Shown: one piece after another, positions 1-13,184 of the stretch | How positions within the stretch are numbered: the stretch's first letter is position 1 | Layout: each line of letters begins with the position of its first letter | Origin: Octopus bimaculoides | Lineage: Eukaryota | DNA: 43,914 nucleotides | NCBI RefSeq assembly: GCF_001194135.2 | Contig: NC_068982.1 | Span: 117,045,030-117,088,943, forward strand | Direction: 5' to 3' | Translations under genes and position numbers: made by a program | The notes under the pieces: generated by a model | What the model was told of the DNA's origin: nothing | The model's input: only the letters and a program-made list of their open reading frames with translations | Databases searched by the model: none

Positions 1-330
1 ATATATATAAACAAATAGTAAATGTGTATATGCATATATACGTACAGGTATGTGCATACCGACATGCACCTGTATGTATAAGTGCATATCTGGGTACAGG
101 ACATTGCAAACAAACGTAGACGAGAAAACACACAAGCCACATAGAGAACAGTCTACTTCATCAGCTACCCACGTTAAAACGGCTCATCCCATGGACCGCA
201 GATTAAATTTGTATACGCAAATTAAATCTAGCCATGGAGGAATGTAGTGGCGGACAAAAAACAAGACAGGAAAACAAACAGAAAAGGCTTTACGGCCAGA
301 CGAGAAAAATTATGTGTGTATGAACATAAT
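1..330 (-). mobile_element. Copy of a dispersed repeat family homologous to 22961-23400; keeps only the CUGAUGA half of the candidate hammerhead
   Basis: Colinear anchors shared with the 23-kb copy: tgcatatc.tgggtacaggac (83-102 vs 23041-23060), cttcatcagct(a/g)cc (156-169 vs 23179-23192), gctc(a/t)tccc (182-190), aagacag(a)ggaaaacaaaca (263-280 vs 23313-23332). The low-complexity leader (acaaat..atatgcatatatac..) also aligns. Strand is assigned from the HHR motif only; ends are approximate. Confidence 0.7.
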
Positions 331-485
331 TGCTCGGCGATAGCCAAGGAAGAAAAGGATTAATGACCGGAAGTATATACACATGTATATATCTATATGG
401 TTACACATATACGTATATATATTCTTTTATTCTTTTATGTTTGTTTCAGCCTCAAGGCTGTGGCCATGCCAGGACAAGTGCATAG

Positions 486-530
<45 letters not shown>

Positions 531-538
531 TATGTGTA

Positions 539-585
<47 letters not shown>

Positions 586-1224
586 TACATACATACGCAA
601 ACACCTACACATATCATACTTTCATTAGAAGAAGATTGACAGTGATTTCGATGTTACGGCCTGCTACGCTTCAGTCCGAGGAACACTAACGGGCCAAAGC
701 AAAATCCTGAAGTCATTGACATCCCTCCTCTTGTAATGACATCATAAATATGTATTCTACAAAAGTATGGTCTAGTTGTTCAGTTCAACAATAATACATA
801 TATACATACATGCATACATACATGGCTTGGTTATTATAGGAGATTAGCAGTATAATAGCAGTTGATACACATTGGGGCAGTCCTTGTATGCTTTTGATAC
901 TTTGTCCATAGAACCGCATGACATCAAAGCGATAAAATATGACATTCCTCAGCGAGTAGCCTGATATCCGTTTTGCGCTTGGGGATTTCCTATTTGACAT
1001 TTCCTGTACAATTGTTTTCGGTATTTCGCCGTCTATTTCATAATGTTTTTACTAGGCAGCCCTGCTCCAGTTTTAGACATAAAGTTTGGAGTTTAAGTTT
1101 TTGAATCCTGTATCATTAAATAACCTCTTCTAGTTTTTTCTGAGGTCTTCCTTAGGTCGTGTGAAATTGTTCTGTTTTACATTTCATAACTACAATGATC
1201 TGTGAGATATTACTTCGCAGGAAG

Positions 1225-1330
1225 ATGTATGTATGTATGTATGTATGTATGTATGTATGTATGTATGAATGTATGCATGCATGCATGCATGTATGTATGT
1301 ATGTATGTAATTTATGTATGTATGTATGAG

Positions 1331-1362
<32 letters not shown>

Positions 1363-1381
1363 TGTATGTATGTATGTATGC
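1225..1381. repeat. (TATG)n tetranucleotide microsatellite
   Basis: Directly visible tandem array with a few variant units. Confidence 0.97.
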
Positions 1382-2431
1382 ACACGCATTATTCTACATC
1401 AGTAGCCTTAAAACTCAAATACATGAAACTAAGATTTGCGATCCCAAAAGCTCCAACTTCGAATTAAATACACACACTCTGTATACAATTCCTTATGCAT
1501 ATGATATCACATATTCCCTACGTCATTGGCATTCGAGAATCGGTCCATGAATCTCTAATTTCCAGGTAGCTTTTAATAGAATATACATGCTTTAATTTAC
1601 ATATAGGGTACAGTTAGCTAATGCAGTGATTCCCTAAGTTATTTTGACGTAGATCCTTTATAAAATTCGTGAAACCCATGCCAATATTTCAGCAATGATT
1701 ACCCTAAATTTATCATGACGTTAAATGAAACGAAAACTTCCAGAGAGATTAAAATTTTCACATAAAAACATATAACTTATTTTTTGGAAAATGATAACAA
1801 TTTTTTATAATAAAAAATTTTATTGAATTTTATTAAAAATACATAAATTTTCGGAATATACCATTTTTTTACTAACCTATTTTTAATATCCGATATACAC
1901 AACTATATACACAAAGACACACACAAAACGATACGTACATAAATATATATACGCACATAATACATGGACATATAAGTTCATTAGTATATATATATATATA
2001 TNNNNNNNNNNNNNNNNNNNNNNNNNNNNNNNNNNNNNNNNNNNNNNNNNNNNNNNNNNNNTATATATATACACATACATACATATATAAATTTGTACAT
2101 GTATTTGTATTTTTGTACGTATACACACATATACATACATACATACCTACCTACTTACATACATACACACACATGTATATATATATATATATATATATAT
2201 ACTTACAAATATACATACAAAATCTTTTATTGTTTCATTCAAGGTGATACAACCAGTACGCAAATGTGGAGTATTGTTTAAATGACTGCTAACAGAAAGG
2301 TTCTCAATTACCCAGTATGAGTTTTCAGTTTTTTATCTAGCTGGTACTCTGAAATCTTGCCTCACAAACTATGTGGTGTCTCACATACACACCTAGTCAA
2401 ATATGTGTTTATGTGTATATCTATGTATGTA

Positions 2432-2560
<129 letters not shown>

Positions 2561-3847
2561 ATACATACATACATATATATATATATATGAATCAATGTAT
2601 CAATGAATCAATGTTCGAAGTAATATGTGGCCAGTTGATACTATTCCGTTAATGTTTTGAAGGAGATTACGAACGTCACTACATCTTATTTTATACTCAT
2701 ATTCTGGAACATTTCCTTGGCCATATCAAATGAGCGTCAGTTATTGTTGTGTTATTAAGTTACGTCTGTGTGCCACTGCGTTCAAATAATGCGAGACTCA
2801 TTTTCCTTTTCGTCTCTGGAAATCATAAAATAAAGTACCAGTAAAGTGTGGCGTCGCTTTACTCAAATGCATCATATTTCAATATGTTAGAAATCAATAT
2901 TCAATATATTGAATAAATGGAACACATTCATGGTCTCTCTGTGAATAGTTCGATGACCAAGACCCTTTACATTCTTTCTAACTTGCTTTGATTCTCCACC
3001 CAGAGAGTCGCATCAAGCCGACTAGATAAAACGGTGGACAGAAAATCGGGAAATCCGTGGTTCGTATCAATATATATGCTGTATCTACGAATAAAGTTTT
3101 TAATATGCAAACGATCAAGTCCGTTCAACTGCGAATGTGCTATATGTGTAAATAATACCCACCTTATATATAGAAGGCGTTATATGACTTCATAGTATTT
3201 CGTTGTGTCAAAATACCTAGTTAAAATCATATTAGAGATGTCGAGAGATTTCTTCGGGATGAAATTCAAAACGAAACAAAACAAAGAAACATTTCATCCC
3301 CCCACCCCAAAATTATATCAAGCCCTTCATAGTTGAACCAACGTGTCACTACAAATAACATTTCTTTTTCAGTAATATAAACAATGTACCTATGGGTAAT
3401 ACTATCTTATTGCATTTTACTTCATTGAAGTAACAAGATAAACATTTCTTTTCCTATCCACTGCTTGCTACGTGGAAATTGTAGATAAGCATCAGTCTTA
3501 TGAGAATATTGAGGAAAATATATTCAAGATAATGGAAGTAACTTCTTTCGTTCTTCCTTATTTATCAGAACACTGTTAAAAGAAAATACGTCACACCTCT
3601 CATTATATTAGAGTTCGATGTGGACATTTCTAGATGCTTTACTATAATACGTTTATTACTCGTTAATGGTCGGACTTCTTAGCTCAAGCGAGCAGATGAA
3701 TATTTATATGAATCTTTATTGTCCTGACTCCAGCAGCTGCTGATGTTAAGAGAGTTTGGATAATTTGGAAATATTGCAACAACCTCATATTCTCTAACCA
3801 AACGGAAATATAGCTTTTCTCTTTAACTCACTAGAACTTTCACTCAC

Positions 3848-3960
3848 CTTTTGTATTACCCTGCTCATCATACATTCATTAAACAATTTCAAATCCACAA
3901 CTGCTGGCCATATTCACACGCGTTTTCAGCTATAACTATTCCAACTATAAGTTCTATCGG
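3848..3960 (-). other. Candidate spliced exon (113 bp); coding status unknown
   Basis: Minus strand: acceptor aatttaatttacag| and donor AAG|gtgagt. All three frames contain stops, so at best a UTR or lncRNA exon. Confidence 0.3.
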
Positions 3961-4058
3961 CTGTAAATTAAATTCTCCAATAAACGAAAAGTAAAGGCAG
4001 ATATAAAATATATATAAGGAAACTAGATTTTCAGTTAGTTACTTTCGAAAGTACTCAC

Positions 4059-4115
4059 CATTTACATATTCTTCTATTTGCATACTTCGTGGCCCCTTCG
4101 TCGATATGTTTCTGT
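4059..4115 (-). other. Candidate spliced exon (57 bp)
   Basis: Minus strand: acceptor atttatttccaacag| and donor ATG|gtgagt. One open frame reads RNISTKGPRSMQIEEYVN. It is separated from the 3848-3960 candidate by a 98-bp AT-rich GT-AG interval containing ctaac. Confidence 0.35.
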
Positions 4116-4989
4116 CTGTTGGAAATAAATTATTGCGCAAGAGATTATCTTTTAGATTTTGCTGTCTATGCGAAACAGATTTACAGTTATCTTTGACTAC
4201 ATTCTAGCCGATTGTTGGATTACCTTCATTCATGAAATTCTCTCTCACTCTTTCTCACTCTCACTCTCCAATGTAGGCGCTTTCTATTTACATAAATATT
4301 TCCATATACTTGAATGTTTCTATTAGGTTTTATAATTTCTACTGGAGTCGAAATGGCACTGGCAGAAGGAAATATTGATGCACATCAAAAGACTTCTCTG
4401 TAAACAGAAGTAATGGAATTACGTTTCGCATAGCTTATCTCGTATTATCTCTTGTATAACAAAACGTGGTATAGTTCTAGCGCAGATGATCAGGGAACAT
4501 GTTTATTATGTTTGAATATATGTGCTAGAATGCGCATAAAGCTCAGTCGTCATATTAGATTTACTGAGTATCTAGTGTGTTTAGTAGCTAGACCATGTAA
4601 TCATTCTAGTGTGCTTATTAGCCTGACCACATAATCATTCCCACACACATATGTGTCCCTGATCAACGCATTTCATTTCATTGTACAACATTCTTCTCGG
4701 TTAAAAATATGCACCAGCAACAGATGAAGCAAACCTCTCACCCACCAGTTGCCACATCATTGTCTCACGGAACTCATTGTAGAAACTCAGAGAGCCTTCA
4801 TGAATCACCGTCATCTAAAACAATTAGCAAAATTATAATACATTATCTTATTCAAGTGGTTCCTACCAAGAATCTTTTTACCTCACTGCACCAGGTGTGT
4901 TTATCCCACATTTACATTAGTAGGTTCTCAGTATAATAGTCTGTGTCTTTCAAAATCAACAATGAGTTAGAGTTATTTTCGTACTGTTA

Positions 4990-6200
4990 CAAGAAGAATG
5001 TTAGCCTGGTTTTCAGCATAATACCAGTAACCGCCAGATCTCTCCATGCCTTGTGCAACAATAGTGGAAGCGAGTGGGATATCTCAATATGTATCCTCTT
5101 TAGTCTTGTGCACACGTCATGAGACGTTTGAGCCTTCATAAGAATCCTGGTGTATATATAATGAAGGTGATCCTGAAGACCGTTTTTCATAATTCAGGTG
5201 TTGAATCCATCAGAGAATAATGTTTTCTTTAGATGTCATAAAGCAAGACGGTCACCTTTTCTTTGAAAAACTTTAGTGCCAGATATTTTGAAGGATATTA
5301 TGCACACTCCGTCCTTGTTCTTTTCGTGACAGAACGTTTTTGCTTAATATGAGGGGCATAGGAACCGTGGTATTTGAAGTCAGTGACCATTTTGTGCCGT
5401 ATGCCATCGTTGTAGCAAACTGGAAGGGGTCTTTCATTCTCACTGATTGTTATCCAGAAATGCAACGAATTTGGCTGAAACATTCACAAGAGAGTCCAAC
5501 AGTTGATGGGTTATAAAAGCAAGACTATCAGCATAGTCAAGTTCAGAGAGATACGGGGTTTCCTGACACCGGCATCGATTCCAGTCGATGGCGTCATATT
5601 TACAATGTGAAGACTTTGCCTAAACATGTAGCACATTAATAATTCGAAAGACAGCAGGAGGCAGGCTGTCTTTCTAAAGGAATTTTTTGTCTGAAACTCT
5701 TTTGATGCTCGGTCTGTAGTTTTCTCATACTTTGAAGGGTTTTCATAGGTTATAGCGATTATTTTGACAATCTCCGAGACACTGTATTAAACGAGATATG
5801 TCACATGTTCCTGAAGAAATCCACAAATACAACTGATATCACTTTGAAATTCTAAACGTTTTAATGATACCTTTTTTTAGGGCAAGGGACTGTGTGATAG
5901 TATTGATCCTTTGTGAAAAACCGTTGTGTTACTGTCGGGGTTGTCGGTTTCGAACGGTAGTATCTGTACGTTTATAAAGAGACACAGACCTGTAAATTTG
6001 TGACGCTTGAAGTGAGAGTATGACACTCTTTTATTTCGGAGGCAAGTGAAGATCATCTTTTTATCTTGAAGTAAAATAACTGTATACATGAAGAGCCGTT
6101 CGTTTCTTTTTTTGTATGTCATGTTGTAGAAGTCCAGCAGACAATTATAGACGACTGAACTTTTCTACATGATGTTAGGATCTTATCTATATATAGCAAT
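4990..6200 (-). mobile_element. Decayed RTE-clade LINE, reverse transcriptase region (frameshifted, with stops)
   Basis: Minus-strand motifs in the expected order: PFETDN..TTVFHKGSILS (~TGVRQGCILSP), YLSELDYADSLAF (~LDYADDLAL, degenerate YADD), VTDFKYHGS (~V..FKYLGS), FKEKVTVLLYD (~V.SVLLYG), LHYIYTRILMKAQ (~LDG.YTR.L). Boundaries approximate. Confidence 0.8.
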
Positions 6201-8262
6201 GCATTTTGTAACAGTCTACACATTTTTAAAGCTCTTTTATGATAAATGGGTCAGTTTGAATCTGCTTATTTTAAAGCAATCTCTTAATTTGTGGTTGAAA
6301 AAAGGACTGTTTTTATCAAGAAGTAATCTGAAGTCCCAAACCGGGTACTTAGGTACTGGTCGATGGTTTCGCCCACATTTATCACTCCTTAAATTCTCTT
6401 GTAGGAAAGGTCAATCAGAAATCTGAAGGTGGTGGCATGATTTCTTTCTTTGTGGAGGGTGTTGCGTTGTTAAATTTTGGATTTGATGAGTACTACTACT
6501 GTCAAGAGTGACATTAGCGGAATCAAAATTCCTTTCTGTTTCTCGAGTAGTTTCTTTCAGACACTATCTAGCCTTTGTATCCTCTTCACGGGAAGGAACA
6601 GTTAATGTTTATGTTTTGTACATCCGGAGTTATTCCAGTGCGGTAACTCTTTTTGCAGTAGTTAGTGTGTCATATACAGCGAGGAGAAGAACAATATACA
6701 TATTCTTCCCCACAAGCAAGTTACAATTAGAAAAGATGGTAGTGTCAACTCCTTGCATAGTCTAGCATCACCTAGCATGAGTTTCCCTAATAAACGCACT
6801 TGTGTATGTGTGTGTGTATGTGTGTGCGTGTGCATGTGTACGTGTGTGTGTGTATATGTGTGCGTGTGTGTATGTGTGCATAAACACATGTATAAACAGT
6901 AAACAAATCTAGAAACTTTCAATTTTGCGTTCTTATTATGAAGGAGCAAACTTGCGGCACGTTCATTTCTCTACTATAATCCGATAGCACTTCCACAAAG
7001 TGCAATCATGTATATAGGGAGATAGATAGACAGACAGACAGATAGATAAATGGAAAGATAAATAGATAGATAGATAGAGAAGTAATAGTAACGCGAATTT
7101 TCAAAATATGAAAATTTTAGAGATAAAAATTTTTTTTGAAATTTGAAGATAAAAAAGAAAAAAGATTATTCAAAACTCGTGAAAGAGATATTTGATTAAG
7201 ATTTTCCGAACAACCATGTAGCATTTTATATATATAACGGTATTTTAAATATGGGTGTTCAAGTTTTCTAATTTTCAAAATTTTTAAATTAAAAAAAAAT
7301 TTAATTTTTAAAGATACATTTGTAATTTATATATTTTTATTATATTTTTATTCATATTCTTATTTTTCTATTTGATATGACTTAAAATATGTATTTTTAA
7401 CTTCTATCNNNNNNNNNNNNNNNNNNNNNNNNNNNNNNNNNNNNNNNNNNNNNNNNNNNNNNNNNNNNNNNNNNNNNNNNNNNNNNNNNNNNNNNNNNNN
7501 NNNNNNNNNNNNNNNNNNNNNNNNNNNNNNNNNNNNNNNNNNNNNNNNNNNNNNNNNNNNNNNNNNNNNNNNNNNNNNNNNNNNNNNNNNNNNNNNNNNN
7601 NNNNNNNNNNNNNNNNNNNNNNNNNNNNNNNNNNNNNNNNNNNNNNNNNNNNNNNNNNNNNNNNNNNNNNNNNNNNNNNNNNNNNNNNNNNNNNNNNNNN
7701 NNNNNNNNNNNNNNNNNNNNNNNNNNNNNNNNNNNNNNNNNNNNNNNNNNNNNNNNNNNNNNNNNNNNNNNNNNNNNNNNNNNNNNNNNNNNNNNNNNNN
7801 NNNNNNNNNNNNNNNNNNNNNNNNNNNNNNNNNNNNNNNNNNNNNNNNNNNNNNNNNNNNNNNNNNNNNNNNNNNNNNNNNNNNNNNNNNNNNNNNNNNN
7901 NNNNNNNNNNNNNNNNNNNNNNNNNNNNNNNNNNNNNNNNNNNNNNNNNNNNNNNNNNNNNNNNNNNNNNNNNNNNNNNNNNNNNNNNNNNNNNNNNNNN
8001 NNNNNNNNNNNNNNNNNNNNNNNNNNNNNNNNNNNNNNNNNNNNNNNNNNNNNNNNNNNNNNNNNNNNNNNNNNNNNNNNNNNNNNNNNNNNNNNNNNNN
8101 NNNNNNNNNNNNNNNNNNNNNNNNNNNNNNNNNNNNNNNNNNNNNNNNNNNNNNNNNNNNNNNNNNNNNNNNNNNNNNNNNNNNNNNNNNNNNNNNNNNN
8201 NNNNNNNNNNNNNNNNNNNNNNNNNNNNNNNNNNNNNNNNNNNNNNNNNNNNNNNNNNNNNN

Positions 8263-8357
8263 TAATAATAATACTGATAATAATAATAATGATAATAATA
8301 ATAATAGTAGTAGTAATAATAATAATAATAATAATAACAACAACAACAACAACAACA
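8263..8357. repeat. Compound (AAT)n/(AGT)n/(AAC)n microsatellite
   Basis: Visible array directly upstream of the hammerhead-bearing element. Confidence 0.95.
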
Positions 8358-8360
8358 TCG

Positions 8361-8508
8361 AAAATACTTTAGGAATGAGAACCCAGGTTCAAAATTTCCG
8401 GCTGATGAAAGCTGGAGGGTATATCAGCCGAAACGTTGTGTTAACAACAAACAAGATGAGGACAAATATCCGTCAAATGTAAGTAATGTAAATAATGTAA
8501 ATAATAAC
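8361..8508 (+). mobile_element. Short hammerhead-bearing (Penelope pLTR-like) element, copy 1, degenerate HHR
   Basis: ctgatga-a-agctg-gagggtatat-cagcc-gaaac-gtt-gtgtt (8402-8442). Highly similar to 35325-35460 (rc) but lacks the ccaagacac segment that supplies stem I. Has a 3' tail of tgtaaataa-like 9-mers. Confidence 0.8.
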
Positions 8509-9559
8509 AGGCAAGTTATATATATTTTTTCAAATAATTTTATTGTATCTTATAGTAGGTTTTTTTTAAATGCTTATATTATTTTATTAGATTGGATATA
8601 ACGTTCTATGTGTATTCCATNNNNNNNNNNNNNNNNNNNNNNNNNNNNNNNNNNNNNNNNNNNNNNNNNNNNNNNNNNNNNNNNNNNNNNNNNNNNNNNN
8701 NNNNNNNNNNNNNNNNNNNNNNNNNNNNNNNNNNNNNNNNNNNNNNNNNNNNNNNNNNNNNNNNNNNNNNNNNNNNNNNNNNNNNNNNNNNNNNNNNNNN
8801 NNNNNNNNNNNNNNNNNNNNNNNNNNNNNNNNNNNNNNNNNNNNNNNNNNNNNNNNNNNNNNNNNNNNNNNNNNNNNNNNNNNNNNNNNNNNNNNNNNNN
8901 NNNNNNNNNNNNNNNNNNNNNNNNNNNNNNNNNNNNNNNNNNNNNNNNNNNNNNNNNNNNNNNNNNNNNNNNNNNNNNNNNNNNNNNNNNNNNNNNNNNN
9001 NNNNNNNNNNNNNNNNNNNNNNNNNNNNNNNNNNNNNNNNNNNNNNNNNNNNNNNNNNNNNNNNNNNNNNNNNNNNNNNNNNNNNNNNNNNNNNNNNNNN
9101 NNNNNNNNNNNNNNNNNNNNNNNNNNNNNNNNNNNNNNNNNNNNNNNNNNNNNNNNNNNNNNNNNNNNNNNNNNNNNNNNNNNNNNNNNNNNNNNNNNNN
9201 NNNNNNNNNNNNNNNNNNNNNNNNNNNNNNNNNNNNNNNNNNNNNNNNNNNNNNNNNNNNNNNNNNNNNNNNNNNNNNNNNNNNNNNNNNNNNNNNNNNN
9301 NNNNNNNNNNNNNNNNNNNNNNNNNNNNNNNNNNNNNNNNNNNNNNNNNNNNNNNNNNNNNNNNNNNNNNNNNNNNNNNNNNNNNNNNNNNNNNNNNNNN
9401 NNNNNNNNNNNNNNNNNNNNNNNNTACATATATATATGTATGTATATATATATATATATATGTATATATAGGCATTTATATAAATGGATATAATATATAT
9501 AGTCATAAGTGCACGTATTTGTCTTCATTCAGATTCTTATAATTACAATGGTGATAGAG

Positions 9560-9695
9560 GACATTATATCCTCTTCTTCTTCATCATCATCATCGTCGTC
9601 GTCGTTGTGGCCGTCGTTGACCTCCTCATCCACCTCCTCCTCTTTATCATCATCATCATCATCATCATCATCAATAACAACATGATCATCATCAT
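9560..9695. repeat. Degenerate (CAT)n/(CGT)n/(CCT)n trinucleotide array
   Basis: Visible compound trinucleotide repeat. Confidence 0.9.
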
Positions 9696-12600
9696 ATCAC
9701 CTAGAATCAGGATGGGCGATGCTGAAGCAGAGATAAAACATTGCTAAATGGAATGAGATAGATTTCAATAAAAGACTTGCTGTAATCGTAGGAAGTAAAT
9801 GAATTTCTGTAGTACAGAATTCTTAAAACAAAACAATGATATAAGAACGCTGCTTTTTCTCCCCTTACATCGGTATTTTCATTAGATTCTATATTGTTGT
9901 TAATTGAAGAATTAAAAAAAAACTTATTGTTTTATAATATACTTTCCATAATAATAAGAATTGTTATTATTATCTTTAATTCTACAAAATTACGTTACCA
10001 CACCTATTAATAAAATAGTCATTTCTTCATTTCAAAAATTACTCAATCCTATAAATATATGAACCTTATTAAAATATGTTTAAACACTGAGATATATTAA
10101 ATGACAAAGATAAAGATAAGACAATACAGGAAATCACAAAAGAAACCAACTGGTATGAAATAGATTAATTGATGTAATTAATTGTCTTCAGACTCAAATT
10201 CTCACCAGTTGAACTTTTGTATTCTGATTCATTTGTGCTCTCAGTACTTCATGACAATGAAACGCTGTGAGAGAAGTGCTTTAATGTCGCATATAATTAC
10301 AACACAAATAGCGAACAGTCTACGAATACACACGTAAATTGAGACAATGAGAGAAACCCACAAGCATATACATACACAAGTACATACACATGTGCAGACA
10401 CACACACACACACACAAACATACACACACACACGCGCGCGTAGATACATAAATATTTACACATACATACTGACATGCATGCTCACACATATATCTATAGT
10501 GAGTGAGAGAGNNNNNNNNNNNNNNNNNNNNNNNNNNNNNNNNNNNNNNNNNNNNNNNNNNNNNNNNNNNNNNNNNNNNNNNNNNNNNNNNNNNNNNNNN
10601 NNNNNNNNNNNNNNNNNNNNNNNNNNNNNNNNNNNNNNNNNNNNNNNNNNNNNNNNNNNNNNNNNNNNNNNNNNNNNNNNNNNNNNNNNNNNNNNNNNNN
10701 NNNNNNNNNNNNNNNNNNNNNNNNNNNNNNNNNNNNNNNNNNNNNNNNNNNNNNNNNNNNNNNNNNNNNNNNNNNNNNNNNNNNNNNNNNNNNNNNNNNN
10801 NNNNNNNNNNNNNNNNNNNNNNNNNNNNNNNNNNNNNNNNNNNNNNNNNNNNNNNNNNNNNNNNNNNNNNNNNNNNNNNNNNNNNNNNNNNNNNNNNNNN
10901 NNNNNNNNNNNNNNNNNNNNNNNNNNNNNNNNNNNNNNNNNNNNNNNNNNNNNNNNNNNNNNNNNNNNNNNNNNNNNNNNNNNNNNNNNNNNNNNNNNNN
11001 NNNNNNNNNNNNNNNNNNNNNNNNNNNNNNNNNNNNNNNNNNNNNNNNNNNNNNNNNNNNNNNNNNNNNNNNNNNNNNNNNNNNNNNNNNNNNNNNNNNN
11101 NNNNNNNNNNNNNNNNNNNNNNNNNNNNNNNNNNNNNNNNNNNNNNNNNNNNNNNNNNNNNNNNNNNNNNNNNNNNNNNNNNNNNNNNNNNNNNNNNNNN
11201 NNNNNNNNNNNNNNNNNNNNNNNNNNNNNNNNNTATATATATATATCTGATAGGTAGATTAATAGACAGATAGATAGATAGATAAGTACATATATACATA
11301 TATAAATACTATATATATTTATGTAATTTATACATGTGTATACATTATATAAGAAAATTATATATAAATGTATATATATATATAAATATATGAAAACATA
11401 CAAGGTCACAAGCACTCACACACATACCTGCATACACACACTCACATACATAACCGCTTACACACACGTACGCATACGTACAAGTACTTCATTCACACAC
11501 ACACACGCCTTCACAGACACAGACACACACACATAGACATATATATATATATATATATATATATAACCTCTTAGCATTGAGACTTTTTATGGCATAAGTG
11601 AAAACGAAATGTTTGAGAGGAGAATTATATGTGACGTTAAAATTCTCTGAAAGAAAATAATGCTTCGAGAAAAAATAATATACGCAATAAATACGGAAAT
11701 AAATAAAATAAATTCTATATTAATAAATATAAGTGATAGTGAAATAAATCAAAACGTTGTTATTAGATAATCTTATGACAAAAAATGTAAGACAAGGAAA
11801 AATCAGAGACCAAGTTTGAAGTTATAGTATAAAGAAGGTGAGGCTAAATATTAGATTGAGAACGGGCCTCGTACATACAAAAATGTATGAATATCTGCAG
11901 ATGCATGTCTCCACACTTACACACATATGTATGTGTTTGTATTTTTATGTGTGTGTGTTTGTGTGTCTGTGAATGAATCGAAAGTACACTAGTGTGAATC
12001 AAAAATACGCCAGTATGTATTTTAATAAGTAAGGTACAAACTGCTATAATTAAATACCATGCAAACGTTCTTAATTTAGTAAAATTATCATTGTTTGCAG
12101 GAGAAGGTAGAACAATTGTTTGGCGCGAATTTGGACCAACCACAAATGAGAAGACGAGATAATCTCAAGCATCAAGGATTCTTCAAAACTGACATGGCAT
12201 TAAGGAATATCTGCAGGGGACAGACACGCACGTACACAGACACACAGAGAGACACACACAAACACACACGCACACACACACACTCACACACACTCTTACA
12301 TAATACTCACAAGTGCACTTACAAGCATACGCGTTTAAATTTTACTGAGAGAAATAATTAGGACCTGTCTTTACTAGAGTTTAGTCATTTATTCTCGTTC
12401 TAGTCTACAGATTTTTACAACCATTGCTGCTAGTAGATTTAGTTCTTGACAGTTTTACGACCCGGCACTTATCCTTATTTGATTATTGCAAGGCACTTAA
12501 AAGTTACTAAATAGATAAACGAACAAGTCAATTGGTGTACAAATATATACACGTACAAGTGCAGACGCGCACAATCAGATAGATATATATGCCTGAGTGT

Positions 12601-13184
12601 GTGCATTTATATACATACATGCATGCATGCATACACACATACATATATACATACATATATGCATACAAATAAACACAGACACACATTTTCATATATGTAT
12701 ATATATATATACTTACATATATCTCGCTTAGGCATTGGGAAAGAAATAACCTAGTGTACAACTCAATACACGTATGTTTCAGAACGTAGTGTTAGTCGAG
12801 TACAAAGCGGTAACAAGAAAATGAGGTGACAAAAAATTAAATCTTATAAACTTCATGTTTCTGCAATAAGATGCAGTTGACTCATAATTAAGTGATTGAA
12901 TAACACCTTATTATTTCATCGGAACTTCGAATATGAAAGCTTTATATTCGAGGATCCGATGCATCTTATTGCAGATAGTCGTCTATTCCTTTCGCAACTT
13001 TTCTCTCGTATATATATATATATATATATATNNNNNNNNNNNNNNNNNNNNNNNNNNNNNNNNNNNNNNNNNNNNNNNNNNNNNNNNNNNNNNNNNNNNN
13101 NNNNNNNNNNNNNNNNNNNNNNNNNNNNNNNNNNNNNNNNNNNNNNNNNTATACATATATATATATATATACATACAGTACTGT

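Noticed and set aside
640-720. Pseudoknot-like pairings (ggcctg/cgggcc, cttcag/ctgaag) and, on the minus strand, UCCUCG and CGAAAU-CACUG, reminiscent of an HDV-like ribozyme
   Set aside because: P2 and P3 compete for the same base, P1 is incomplete, the GG for P1.1 is missing, and no P4 forms. It does not satisfy the HDV fold.
850-1160. Minus-strand peptide scraps (LEQGCL, ALM..SMDK..KAYKDC, NPQA) that might come from a Gypsy integrase
   Set aside because: The motifs are too short and their frames are inconsistent, so no clade can be assigned without a profile search.
7360-11415. Long ORFs (250-350 aa) in the ORF track, here and elsewhere
   Set aside because: They run through N gaps and microsatellites, giving poly-X and dipeptide repeats. 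They are artefacts.
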